Virus record (IMG/VR): IMGVR_UViG_3300031689_000052
Location: 1-24,241 of that record
Direction: 5' to 3' (one strand)
Source: a virus
Lineage: Duplodnaviria > Caudoviricetes
DNA: 24,241 bases
Made by a program: the position numbers and the translations under genes. Shown in pieces: positions 8,196 through 17,392 of the stretch; position 1 is the first letter of the stretch; each line of letters opens with the position of its first letter. The notes under the pieces are model-generated. The model searched no databases. It had not been told where the DNA came from and saw only the letters and a program-made list of their open reading frames with translations.

Positions 8196-8936
8196 TTAAC
8201 CCTTTGCGCCTATAAGTGAACCAGCTATATTACCAACTCCTTGAATACCAGCGCCTATAGCAGCGTTTTTATCTGATCTAGCTTGCGTTGCAGCTTGCTC
8301 TTGACCTGTTATCTGAGCTTGTTTTCTGTTTAATTGAGCAGTTTCTCTTTTTTCTTTTTCTCCGTAAACAAATTTTTGACCAGAAACATCTGCTTGTTGC
8401 ATTCTTCCTGCTTCACCCATTAACGTGCTTTGTACTCTTTTAGCTTCTGCAAGTTTTGTTTGTTGTAAGTTCTGCTCTCCATCAGCCCGTAGTTTTTGGT
8501 TGTTAGCTTCTTGAGATTCAATGCTAGCTGATATACCTTTTTTACTTTCTAACGCCATTCTAGCTAGAGCAGTTGCACCACCAGCACTTGCTCCGGTAGA
8601 TCTAAGAGTGTCCAGCGTGTTAGCTAAAGCTATATCAGTTTGCTCTGCTTGCATTTCTGCACCAGCAGTAGATACGCTTAAGCTATTATAAGAATTACTA
8701 GCTATAGAACTAAGATCTGAAACCATTCCAGATAAATCAGAAACCCCTTCGTAGGGATTAATAATTTCTTGTCTAGAGTTTTCTAAATCTTCAAGTTCTG
8801 CCGTTAGTCTATCTGCTTTAGACATAGCTCTTCTTTCTTGCTTTTTTGACTGCGAAGCACTGTAAACGGTTCCCCCAATGGTCGCTGCTGCTCCTATAGC
8901 ACCTGCTACTACTATTCCTGCTGAAATTACTGCCAT
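8196..8936 (-). CDS. Small DNA-ejection/pilot protein (246 aa; T7 gp14/P22 gp7-like)
   Basis: Hydrophobic G/A-rich N-terminus (MAVISAGIVVAGAIGAAATIGGTVY), a Q/E/A coiled-coil body, an internal GASAGGATALA and a G/A-rich C-terminal helix (AAIGAGIQGVGNIAGSLIG). Confidence 0.7.
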   Translation of the reverse strand: MAVISAGIVVAGAIGAAATIGGTVYSASQSKKQERRAMSKADRLTAELEDLENSRQEIINPYEGVSDLSGMVSDLSSIASNSYNSLSVSTAGAEMQAEQTDIALANTLDTLRSTGASAGGATALARMALESKKGISASIESQEANNQKLRADGEQNLQQTKLAEAKRVQSTLMGEAGRMQQADVSGQKFVYGEKEKRETAQLNRKQAQITGQEQAATQARSDKNAAIGAGIQGVGNIAGSLIGAKG

Positions 8937-8937
8937 A

Positions 8938-9339
8938 TTATATTTTTTTCATTAACTCAAAAGAAGGTGTTGGATCTTCTGTCCATCCTAATTTTTTCAT
9001 TGTTTTTCTAATGCCATTACTTTTACCTATAAATAGCATGTATTTATAACCTAATTTTAAAGCAACTTTTTGAGCGGTATCAACTAGTTTCTCTATCATT
9101 ACTTCTTTATCTTTTTTGTATTCAGGATCTGATATTATAAATTCCAACCAACAGCCTTTTGAATTAGTTTGAAATAAAAATCCAGCAATAACTGGTTTAC
9201 CATTTTCTTCAACAATAAACCCTCCTGTTCCGTTTTCAGGCAAACCATCTTTATCTACTAAAGGCCATTTATGGCCAACCCACCAACTAACTAGCATATC
9301 CCAGTCGTCAGTAGTTATTTGTCTAACGTTTAATTCCAT
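8938..9339 (-). CDS. GNAT-fold protein (133 aa; positional analogue of T7 gp13/P22 gp14)
   Basis: GNAT pattern: LNVRQITTDD start, GFIVEENGKPVIAGFL strands, WLEFIISDPEY motif-A-like segment and a MKKLGW end. It sits between the nozzle and ejection genes. Confidence 0.7.
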   Translation of the reverse strand: MELNVRQITTDDWDMLVSWWVGHKWPLVDKDGLPENGTGGFIVEENGKPVIAGFLFQTNSKGCWLEFIISDPEYKKDKEVMIEKLVDTAQKVALKLGYKYMLFIGKSNGIRKTMKKLGWTEDPTPSFELMKKI

Positions 9340-9349
9340 TTAATTTAAT

Positions 9350-10816
9350 TTAATATGATGACTCTACATAGTCAGAAGATACAGCAAACAATTCTTTAGC
9401 ACCACCAACATCAGTAACTAAATCATTAGAAACAGTAACTGTAGCAAAATACCCTTTAATACCTGTCATATCAGCACCAAATAATACTTCGCCAGCTGTA
9501 GCCACGCTTGTATTAACTAAATTCGCCATATACTTGTTTTCTTTTCTATAAAATCCAGCATGATTTAAAGGAGGTATTAATGTTACTCCAGCACCAAACT
9601 CATTACCATAATCGTCATAAGAGCCTTCGTTGTAGCTATATGTTGCTGGCTTATTTAAAACAGCTGTAGTGTCTTGTGTTCCTAATCCATATTGATCTCC
9701 TTCTCTGAAAGCCGGAGTACCAACACTATGCACTCCCGTTATATCTGAAACAAAGCTATCAACTTGCCAACCATTGCTTCCTTCGTAATTAACCGTTTTA
9801 AACACTTTAGCCATGCTTACTTTTGGATTAAATACGAATTTTATACTAGATTTAAATTGAGTTCCATAAAAGTTAGATCTAATAGCTGGATTTTTATAAT
9901 GTAAATATAAAACACCATCCTTCATTGTATAGAAATCACTTTTCATGCTTATACCTTGATCTGGCTTGTAACTAAAGAAACTTGGAAAACCATTTATATC
10001 TTCATCAAAAGACAACGTATTATAAGTACCAGTGGAAGGCTGTAAAGATACAACGTATTGTTTAGTATGCATATCCCACGATCCTATTGCTTTACCTAAA
10101 GAAGAAGGAGTTGCGTCTAATGAGCTTAATTTATCTCTAAAATAGTCTGTCAAACCGTTTTTAGATATTTCAGTTAAACCATTACCAGATAATCTTAAAA
10201 CAGCATTACGATCTTTATCGGTAAAATATTTTCTATTACCATAAAAAGCAAAACTTTCAGGGTTTTTACTTATACCATATCTACCTTCATAAGGTTTAAT
10301 AGCTCCAATCACTACGTTTGAAGAGGTCACTGTACCACCACCTTCTGCAGAAAATATAGCGTTTTTATCTATAAGTGCACTGCTTACTTTAGATTCTTGG
10401 AAAATAGTTAAATTTGTATTTTCAGCGTATATTCTTTGTATAGATCCATTGGCTGGATTTAAACTTCTTGTTATATCGGTTCCAACAGAAAAAACATTTG
10501 TATCGTTTATACCTGTTCTAGAATTGAATATACCTGAATATATCAATGAACTACTTCTAATCTGAGCATTAGGTTCAGATTCTATTAGATAAGCTTTCAC
10601 GCCATAAGCATCTGAAACATTATTATAACCTCCTCTTATTCTGGACTCTTCAATCGCCCAGTTTTTAGAATTAGCAACAGCTGCTGGATCTACGTAAGTA
10701 ACATTACCATAAGTATTATCTCCTCTAGATCCATTCCAAATAGGTGCATCAGCTGCGCCATTTAATACTTTCCTAAGTATAAAGCTATTAAAATATTTTA
10801 CTTCTATCGCTCCCAT
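9350..10816 (-). CDS. Tail nozzle/stabilisation protein, C-terminal part (488 aa, beta-propeller-like)
   Basis: Contains SSLIYSGIFNSRTGINDTNVF, GSIQRIYAENTNLTIFQESKVS, YGISKNPESFAFYGNRKYFTDKDRNAVLRLS and KVFKTVNYEGSNGW. These motifs are typical of the C-terminal half of crAss-like muzzle/P22 gp10-like proteins. Confidence 0.7.
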   Translation of the reverse strand: MGAIEVKYFNSFILRKVLNGAADAPIWNGSRGDNTYGNVTYVDPAAVANSKNWAIEESRIRGGYNNVSDAYGVKAYLIESEPNAQIRSSSLIYSGIFNSRTGINDTNVFSVGTDITRSLNPANGSIQRIYAENTNLTIFQESKVSSALIDKNAIFSAEGGGTVTSSNVVIGAIKPYEGRYGISKNPESFAFYGNRKYFTDKDRNAVLRLSGNGLTEISKNGLTDYFRDKLSSLDATPSSLGKAIGSWDMHTKQYVVSLQPSTGTYNTLSFDEDINGFPSFFSYKPDQGISMKSDFYTMKDGVLYLHYKNPAIRSNFYGTQFKSSIKFVFNPKVSMAKVFKTVNYEGSNGWQVDSFVSDITGVHSVGTPAFREGDQYGLGTQDTTAVLNKPATYSYNEGSYDDYGNEFGAGVTLIPPLNHAGFYRKENKYMANLVNTSVATAGEVLFGADMTGIKGYFATVTVSNDLVTDVGGAKELFAVSSDYVESSY

Positions 10817-10851
10817 ATTATATTATCACTTATTAACTAATTAAATTACTA

Positions 10852-13800
10852 TTAGTAGAATGGTAATTCTACTGTATTAGGTAAAGACGTACCAGCTACT
10901 TTTTTATTACTAGAAAACTCAGCTGTCCATCTTCTTAAATGAGGATCAAAACCACCCGTTAAAGGATATGTACCATTTTGTAATCTGTTAGTAGTTGCTT
11001 GTATAAAAGAATTTTGATTACCTTTTGTTGTGTTTATATCGTCATCGTTATAACTACTGTAAGAATAAAAACCGTTAGTCAAAGTTTTAATGGTTGTCAT
11101 TTGAGGAGTTGTGTAAAAAAAGCTTACATATTTAAGTGACCATTCCCTAGCAAACACCTGTTGAGTTGGATTGTCACCAGATGCCTCAGCCGATGAAGTT
11201 CTACTATCATTGGAAATAAGGTATGTAAATACTGTATCCGTAGTATTGTTTGGATAATAAAAATCTCCAAAATCAATATTTACTTTTATTTTTTGATTTA
11301 TTAAATTAGGTCTAACTTTTACTTGAGTATTATAAACACAAACAGATGGACTAGGTACCACGTTATCCGCGCCAGTTCCCTCGCGACTAGTTGTTTCGTA
11401 CCCATTCGCTGGGTATCTAATTATTAATCTATATTCACCATGTTTAGTTGCTGTTCCGTATCCGTTTTGATCTTTACCTATAGCAAAAACTTTAGAAGAC
11501 ACGCTTTCAAGAAGAGGTTTGTCAAAATTACCAAATTCTCTAAAAGTTGTTGTAACTTCATTAAAATCAACTATATTAACTCCAGGGAATTCACCCGGCG
11601 TGTTAGCAATTAAATTACCTTCAACCTTAGAAGCATCGCATATTACTCCAGTTTCAACAGCAGTAGATCCAGTTGTAGGACTTAATTCATATGAATTTCT
11701 TTGAACACCACCTAAAGTTATATCTTGACCTTCAATGTCTATTGCTCGAACCCAATTATCACTACTACTAGCTCTATATTGAAGAAAACTAGGCCAAGCA
11801 ACTCCACCTGAAACTTGAGGTCCAATGTTGCCGAATCTGCTAGATGACCCGTCATTTTGCAATGGAAAAGATTTATATGTATAGTCTATTTTTATGTAAG
11901 CAGTTCCTTCGCTTAAAGCATGTTGTCCATTGTTATCATTTAATTGAGCTGATGGTCTACGATTTGTGTTTACAAAATCAACGTATCCTTCGTTGTTAGG
12001 GTATGGGCAATTAGTAAGTGCTTCAACTTCTTGATCTCTTACAGTATTAACTAAATTAGCGGTAGATAAACCAGTGTCGCTTAATGAAAGCCCAGTAATT
12101 GCTGCTCTTCCGCTTAGTACGTTTCTCATGCCTTCAGGTAAATTACCTTCAATTACATTTATCAATGAAGCATTGTTGTAATCATTAGACCAGTACATTC
12201 CTGATGATTCCATTCCTTCGTTTATAGTAACACCATCTCGTTTACCCCATCCTAGATTTATTTGCTCTTTACCAAACACAACGATAGCCGGAGCTGTTAC
12301 GGTTGCTCCTCCTGAATCTGTTAGATTAACGTTAAAAGAATAATTTCCTTCAGCACTAGCTTCTGGTTCTGAAAGTTCTCCATTAGTTGAATTTATTACT
12401 AAGGCCGGAATTAAACCAGCTACGGGTGCAGGTACTTGATCTGTTATACTCCATTCTAAATCAGTAGTGATAGTGTATGGGTTTGGTGGACCGACAGAGC
12501 CATTAACTCCAGAGTATGTTGTTATAACGCCACCACCGTACGTTGGAGATAATGTTATTGGCGCTAAAGGTGTGTTTTGTATTACTGGTGGCATATTTTG
12601 CAAACCTACAGTTACAGTTAGATCTGCTGGAACAGCACCAGCGGCTACAGCTGCAGAGCTAGTATTGAGCACGCTAAAAGTGAATACAAATCTTCTAGTT
12701 GCTTCAGCTATAGTATAATACTGAGAGTTTACGACGTTTAATCGCCATGTATTTATGTTTCCGTCAGGTTCTCCGGCCACTAAAGTCCAATCGCCAGTTT
12801 TATCATTACCACTTAAGTCTTTCACGCTAACTATAGTAACACTGCTACTTTCCATAGCAACAGAACCAAGTCCAGCTGGTAGTAAAGGGAAAAAATCTGG
12901 TGTGCTAGTAGCTGCAATCCCAGCTGTAGTTGCTTCTGTCTGTACAAAATTAAAGCTACTAAAGCCTTCTACTTGAGGTCCTGAGTCCACAGCGCTATTA
13001 AAGTCTGAAACTAAACCAGATGTAGAGGTTTCCCAAAATATATCTAATAAAGATTCTACTGGAACGGTTTCGTATACGCCTAAAGTAGTAGTAACTAATG
13101 TGGTTACCGCTGCTGGTTGTAAAGAACCTATTAAATTTCCAGACTGAGTAAGTCTAGCCATAGAGGGATTAGAAAGAGTTTGATATATAGAACCATACTC
13201 TACTATTGTTGTGCCTTGTGGAACAAAATCATTTTGAAGAGAAATAGTTGAAACAACATTACTAGTAGGAGGAGATATAGAAGTTATAACGGCTCCTGAA
13301 ACTGTTGCTGTTGTGGGATAATATGGTTGATTACCGCTGTATTGATTAGGATTTGCAGTTGTAATGTCTGGCGTTACTCTACCGTAAAGCTCTACACTAC
13401 TTCTGTACTGCTTTTGATTTGGTCCTACCTCTGTTAGATCTCTAGGTACTTTATTTATATTATCATTAAGTAAAGTTATAAAAGCTATTGTGCCGTTTGG
13501 ATCAGGTGGAGTTGTTGGAATATTTGGATAAAAGCCCATTATACCAGGTAAATAAACATTATAATATTCCTGCTCAGACTGTTTAACAACAATTTTATAA
13601 GAATACCATCCTAAAGGGTTATAAGAAGCACTAGTGGCATCTCCGTTGTAAACTCCAGGATAACTTGTCGTTGGATCAGCGTTAACGGGTATTTGTCCAT
13701 TTACAAGTAATTTCAGTGAATCACCAGGCCAACTAAATATATCATTAACAGGTGCACCTACGGGTAGAACTGGAGTTGGTTTGTAAGGATGATAATAAGT

Positions 13801-15300
13801 AGATCCTCCATAGGTTATACCTTGAGTATCTGTTATTTGAGTAGTTTTAACAGGAGATAATATCACAGTAGATTGTCTTCCGAACCTGTCAGATAAAACA
13901 ATACCTACTTGATAGTTTCTATTCTGTTTAACGGTGTGCATAGGATACTCTACTATACTAGTGTTGTTTAAAGATTGATTTGCATTACCTTGTGTGAAAG
14001 TTCCTTTTGCTGTTACGGCTACATCGTAGTCTATGCTATCAGGAGGAGTGTGTTTGTCTTGAAAATTACTATAAACAACTCTATTGCTTATGATTTCTTG
14101 ACCTAAAGCCTTAACTGGAACTCTATCAAAAACTCTTATTATTTCAGATTCAGGTAAAGTCTTGTATGGTTTACGAGATTGATAATTATATTTATAAAAG
14201 CCTTGACCATAACTGTTTAATGAATTATTTTCAGTTCCATCTTCGTTTAGACTAAAATCTACACTAGATACTGCTTCTAAAACCTTAACAGATAAACCAT
14301 CGGATTCTTTATATAAGAGCTCGATGTCTGTTACATGAAAATTACTTTTTAATTGATTAGCTTTGGAAGGAAGTGGAACATATAATCCTACGTTATTCAC
14401 TTTGTTTTCCATAAACTCAACTATAGTGCTTCTATAGGTTGAGTCTTCGTCTCCAGCTAAAAAATAACCATCTTGTTTTGGTATAAAGGCTGCTTGAGTA
14501 AACGGAGCCATTATAGAGTATTCTCCATCTATAAATTTAAACCTATAGCTAAAAGAAACAAATTTGTCTTCTAAGTAATCAGGATCTCCAGGCCACGTGG
14601 CATCATAAAAAGGATTATTTTTCGTTGGATCTGGTAAAAATTCAGAAGTAACATCTTGCATAGAAGTTACATAGGAGTTCACAGGCGCAGGTGCGTCATA
14701 ATATAAATCTATAGCTCTATAAGGATTGTATTTAGCTACAGAAACTGTTTCTTCATTTATATAAAAAGTTCCATTATCAGCTCTACTTACATTTAGTTTT
14801 CTAGGTTGGTTTCTATTATCCGTCCAAAACAATAAAGTATCTATAAGGTTTATGCCGTATATAGGATTATTTTGAGCAAAATTTAACCAAGCCCCTTCAG
14901 CTAATTTACTTACGTTTTTAGTTAGAGTATTGTATTCGTATATATAGTTTAAAGCGTCTGCGCTCCACACTATAGGAGTTTCATTAGCGGAAACAGTATC
15001 TACCCAATTTGTTAAAAAAACAAATATAGAACCAGTATTTACGTCTCCATACACGCCTATAGATTTAAGTTGAGCAGAGCCCGCGGGAACACCAGCTAAT
15101 GCATTAAAATCTATATTAGCTCCAACCGTATTTACAGCTGGACTGTTGCCAATTACATTTTCTAAAGCTCCTACATCTTGTCCCTCTGATTTGCTTACCT
15201 GTATGTTTATACCTTCTCTATATTCGCCTGGAGGTATAAGTCTATCGTCTAGATCTTGATTCATCTTAGACTTAATAAAAGCGTTTTTAACTTCAGCCAT
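10852..15300 (-). CDS. Tail nozzle/stabilisation protein, N-terminal part with a long variable Ig-like extension (1482 aa)
   Basis: Starts MAEVKNAFIKSKMNQDLDDRLIPPGEYREGINI and contains LLFWTDNRNQPRKLN, FSYRFKFIDGEYS, RVVYSNF, RNYQVGIVLSDRFGRQS and LDIFWETSTSG. The last ~700 aa are T/S/G/N-rich and beta-type. Confidence 0.75.
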   Translation of the reverse strand: MAEVKNAFIKSKMNQDLDDRLIPPGEYREGINIQVSKSEGQDVGALENVIGNSPAVNTVGANIDFNALAGVPAGSAQLKSIGVYGDVNTGSIFVFLTNWVDTVSANETPIVWSADALNYIYEYNTLTKNVSKLAEGAWLNFAQNNPIYGINLIDTLLFWTDNRNQPRKLNVSRADNGTFYINEETVSVAKYNPYRAIDLYYDAPAPVNSYVTSMQDVTSEFLPDPTKNNPFYDATWPGDPDYLEDKFVSFSYRFKFIDGEYSIMAPFTQAAFIPKQDGYFLAGDEDSTYRSTIVEFMENKVNNVGLYVPLPSKANQLKSNFHVTDIELLYKESDGLSVKVLEAVSSVDFSLNEDGTENNSLNSYGQGFYKYNYQSRKPYKTLPESEIIRVFDRVPVKALGQEIISNRVVYSNFQDKHTPPDSIDYDVAVTAKGTFTQGNANQSLNNTSIVEYPMHTVKQNRNYQVGIVLSDRFGRQSTVILSPVKTTQITDTQGITYGGSTYYHPYKPTPVLPVGAPVNDIFSWPGDSLKLLVNGQIPVNADPTTSYPGVYNGDATSASYNPLGWYSYKIVVKQSEQEYYNVYLPGIMGFYPNIPTTPPDPNGTIAFITLLNDNINKVPRDLTEVGPNQKQYRSSVELYGRVTPDITTANPNQYSGNQPYYPTTATVSGAVITSISPPTSNVVSTISLQNDFVPQGTTIVEYGSIYQTLSNPSMARLTQSGNLIGSLQPAAVTTLVTTTLGVYETVPVESLLDIFWETSTSGLVSDFNSAVDSGPQVEGFSSFNFVQTEATTAGIAATSTPDFFPLLPAGLGSVAMESSSVTIVSVKDLSGNDKTGDWTLVAGEPDGNINTWRLNVVNSQYYTIAEATRRFVFTFSVLNTSSAAVAAGAVPADLTVTVGLQNMPPVIQNTPLAPITLSPTYGGGVITTYSGVNGSVGPPNPYTITTDLEWSITDQVPAPVAGLIPALVINSTNGELSEPEASAEGNYSFNVNLTDSGGATVTAPAIVVFGKEQINLGWGKRDGVTINEGMESSGMYWSNDYNNASLINVIEGNLPEGMRNVLSGRAAITGLSLSDTGLSTANLVNTVRDQEVEALTNCPYPNNEGYVDFVNTNRRPSAQLNDNNGQHALSEGTAYIKIDYTYKSFPLQNDGSSSRFGNIGPQVSGGVAWPSFLQYRASSSDNWVRAIDIEGQDITLGGVQRNSYELSPTTGSTAVETGVICDASKVEGNLIANTPGEFPGVNIVDFNEVTTTFREFGNFDKPLLESVSSKVFAIGKDQNGYGTATKHGEYRLIIRYPANGYETTSREGTGADNVVPSPSVCVYNTQVKVRPNLINQKIKVNIDFGDFYYPNNTTDTVFTYLISNDSRTSSAEASGDNPTQQVFAREWSLKYVSFFYTTPQMTTIKTLTNGFYSYSSYNDDDINTTKGNQNSFIQATTNRLQNGTYPLTGGFDPHLRRWTAEFSSNKKVAGTSLPNTVELPFY

Positions 15301-15305
15301 TCAAT

Positions 15306-16529
15306 TTAGTATTTAATCCATTTAGATTTACCTCTAGCAATCTGAACAAACTCATTTAATTTTATATTTGATAAACGTATTTTAGCATTTCTAAGCTTAG
15401 CGCTTCTTTCGCGTCTTAATCTTTGAACTACATACTCTGGCTGATTTATTCTACTAGCTATAATAGCGTGTGAAATATGAGCGTATAAAGCCTCTTCTGC
15501 CATTTTAGGTATTTTCATATCTGCATCATAGCTAAGGCCGTCAGATATATACTCTAATACTATTATTTTATTAGCTAGATCACTTGAAAAGGACATCTTG
15601 CCTTCTCTTTCATTTATAGTAAACCATCCATTAATTTGAGCTGTCTCTGGTTGTAATCCAAATCGCTGACCAATATAATTATCTCCATACATGCCAGCAA
15701 AACCTAAGCCTTCGGAAGCTAATAAGCCTGCTAAATTACTCTGTGCAGCATTAACTTGTTCAAGATTATTAGCCGCCCATCTTTCTTCTGTTATAGAAGT
15801 TGTATCAATGTTTTCACCTTGATCATCTTGTATAGGTATGCCTTGGTTATCTTGACCAGGAATATTATAAGGATTTGTAGTAAGAGTCGTAGGGTATATA
15901 ATATGCTTAACACCTGATTGATCTATCCAAGACACGTTAACATAATTAACATAATCTTGCGGTAAAACAATGCTTAAATTAGCGGGCACAGTTAACTCTT
16001 GAGAATTTATACTTTTTAAAGTATCATAACTAAATTCTTGTAATCCTCTTTTAGCAAAAAACATTACATCAGTTGTTTTAGCACTTGGAATTAATTTTCC
16101 AGCACCAACATAACCTATCATAAAATTAGTTATTACGTCTTCTAGCGAAGTATATGCGTATCCACCGTAATTATCTTCAACAGTATCACCGTAAGCGTCT
16201 CTATCTCCATATTCACCGCCAAACTTACTAAGCAATTGAATAACAAACCATTCGTTAACTGGAGGTGCTACACCTAAAGTTATAACGTTATTCAAAACCG
16301 TGTAACTTGTTACATATTCAACAAAAGTACTTGGCACTCCAGTAGCGCTTACGTATAATCTAAAGTTATTGTTATTGTATTCAGCAGTGGTTGGATCAAA
16401 ACCTCCAAATATTAAATCAGTATTAAAAGTTGCGGTAATAGTAGTAGATCCGTTCTGCTGAAACGTTTGAGAGCCAGCGTAATATTGAGCATTTGTTTCG
16501 GTTATTATACCGTTATTTGGTGTTGCCAT
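15306..16529 (-). CDS. Head-tail ring/adaptor structural protein (407 aa)
   Basis: Contains AKRGLQEFSYDTLKS, LPQDYVNYVNVSW, IIVLEYISDGL and IPKMAEEALYAHI. The LPxDY and LEY..D..IP..EEA pattern is typical of tail-tubular/ring proteins, and the gene lies just before the nozzle. Confidence 0.65.
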   Translation of the reverse strand: MATPNNGIITETNAQYYAGSQTFQQNGSTTITATFNTDLIFGGFDPTTAEYNNNNFRLYVSATGVPSTFVEYVTSYTVLNNVITLGVAPPVNEWFVIQLLSKFGGEYGDRDAYGDTVEDNYGGYAYTSLEDVITNFMIGYVGAGKLIPSAKTTDVMFFAKRGLQEFSYDTLKSINSQELTVPANLSIVLPQDYVNYVNVSWIDQSGVKHIIYPTTLTTNPYNIPGQDNQGIPIQDDQGENIDTTSITEERWAANNLEQVNAAQSNLAGLLASEGLGFAGMYGDNYIGQRFGLQPETAQINGWFTINEREGKMSFSSDLANKIIVLEYISDGLSYDADMKIPKMAEEALYAHISHAIIASRINQPEYVVQRLRRERSAKLRNAKIRLSNIKLNEFVQIARGKSKWIKY

Positions 16530-16535
16530 ATTATA

Positions 16536-17336
16536 TTAGCTTTTTTTATTCATTTCATCAGCTTGCACTTTGCTAGCTGCAGCCTGTATAATTTCAGGAT
16601 CTCTTATTATGATACCAGCATACATAAGTATATTTAATATAACATCTGTTTGCTCTGATGGATGAAGTTCGAATTGAGTTGATCCTGTTAAGTTCTGATT
16701 AGCACCTTCTTGTGGAACATAAGCACTACTATTATATACGTATTGACCTAAAGTTCCAGGAGAAAATCCCCATCTAGGATTTGTAGGCGTTCTTACGAAA
16801 TCAATTTCTACACTAGTTTTTATAGAATCTGGTTTTATAAATATTTTTTGATTTTCATACAAATAAACAGGGTTTAAAGTTGTTGGTCTTGTTAGTTTAG
16901 ATGAATTTACATAATAAAAATCATGTCTATCAAGTCTTTGCACTTGTTTCTCTTTGTTATGAATAACATTACCTAGTCTATAAAAAGAAGATCCAGTAGG
17001 AGTGGAACTAGCGCTAAAGCTTATTTCTGTTCCATATATATCAACCGAGGGCAAAGTAAAATATGAAAGCGTAGGGGTTGGTGTTGTATATACTGCATCA
17101 CCAACTGTTTTGAATATAGCTATTTTTTCGTCAATATTTTCTTGTCTATCAGCGTAATCTGTATCCGCTTGAGGAACACGTAATTGCTGATTTAGATCAT
17201 CAAAATATTTTTCAAATATTTCTAACTGCACTTGTGTTGCTACTTTATTAAATTCAGTAGGTGTCATATAACCCCGCTGTTCTTTATTAAGTATCATTAA
17301 TACAGTTTGATATACTGTGTTTACGTTTATAGCCAT
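16536..17336 (-). CDS. Head-tail ring/adaptor (tail tubular A-like) protein (266 aa)
   Basis: Contains LNKEQRGYMTPTEFNKVATQVQLEIF, YFTLP, IDFVRTPTNPRW and FELHPSEQ. The gene is in the neck position. Confidence 0.65.
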   Translation of the reverse strand: MAINVNTVYQTVLMILNKEQRGYMTPTEFNKVATQVQLEIFEKYFDDLNQQLRVPQADTDYADRQENIDEKIAIFKTVGDAVYTTPTPTLSYFTLPSVDIYGTEISFSASSTPTGSSFYRLGNVIHNKEKQVQRLDRHDFYYVNSSKLTRPTTLNPVYLYENQKIFIKPDSIKTSVEIDFVRTPTNPRWGFSPGTLGQYVYNSSAYVPQEGANQNLTGSTQFELHPSEQTDVILNILMYAGIIIRDPEIIQAAASKVQADEMNKKS

Positions 17337-17353
17337 TGTTTATTTTTATTATA

Positions 17354-17380
17354 ATAAAGGAGGCATTACACCTCCCTTAT
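17354..17380 (-). terminator. Intergenic stem-loop, probable intrinsic terminator or processing site
   Basis: Minus-strand RNA AUAAGGGAGGU-GUAAU-GCCUCCUUUAU forms an 11-bp stem with two G-U pairs that pair only on the minus strand. An A/U-rich tail follows. Confidence 0.6.
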
Positions 17381-17392
17381 TAATATTACATG

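Noticed and set aside
17358-17363. AGGAGG on the plus strand as a Shine-Dalgarno site
   Set aside because: It is on the non-coding strand and forms one arm of the intergenic hairpin, with no plus-strand gene downstream.
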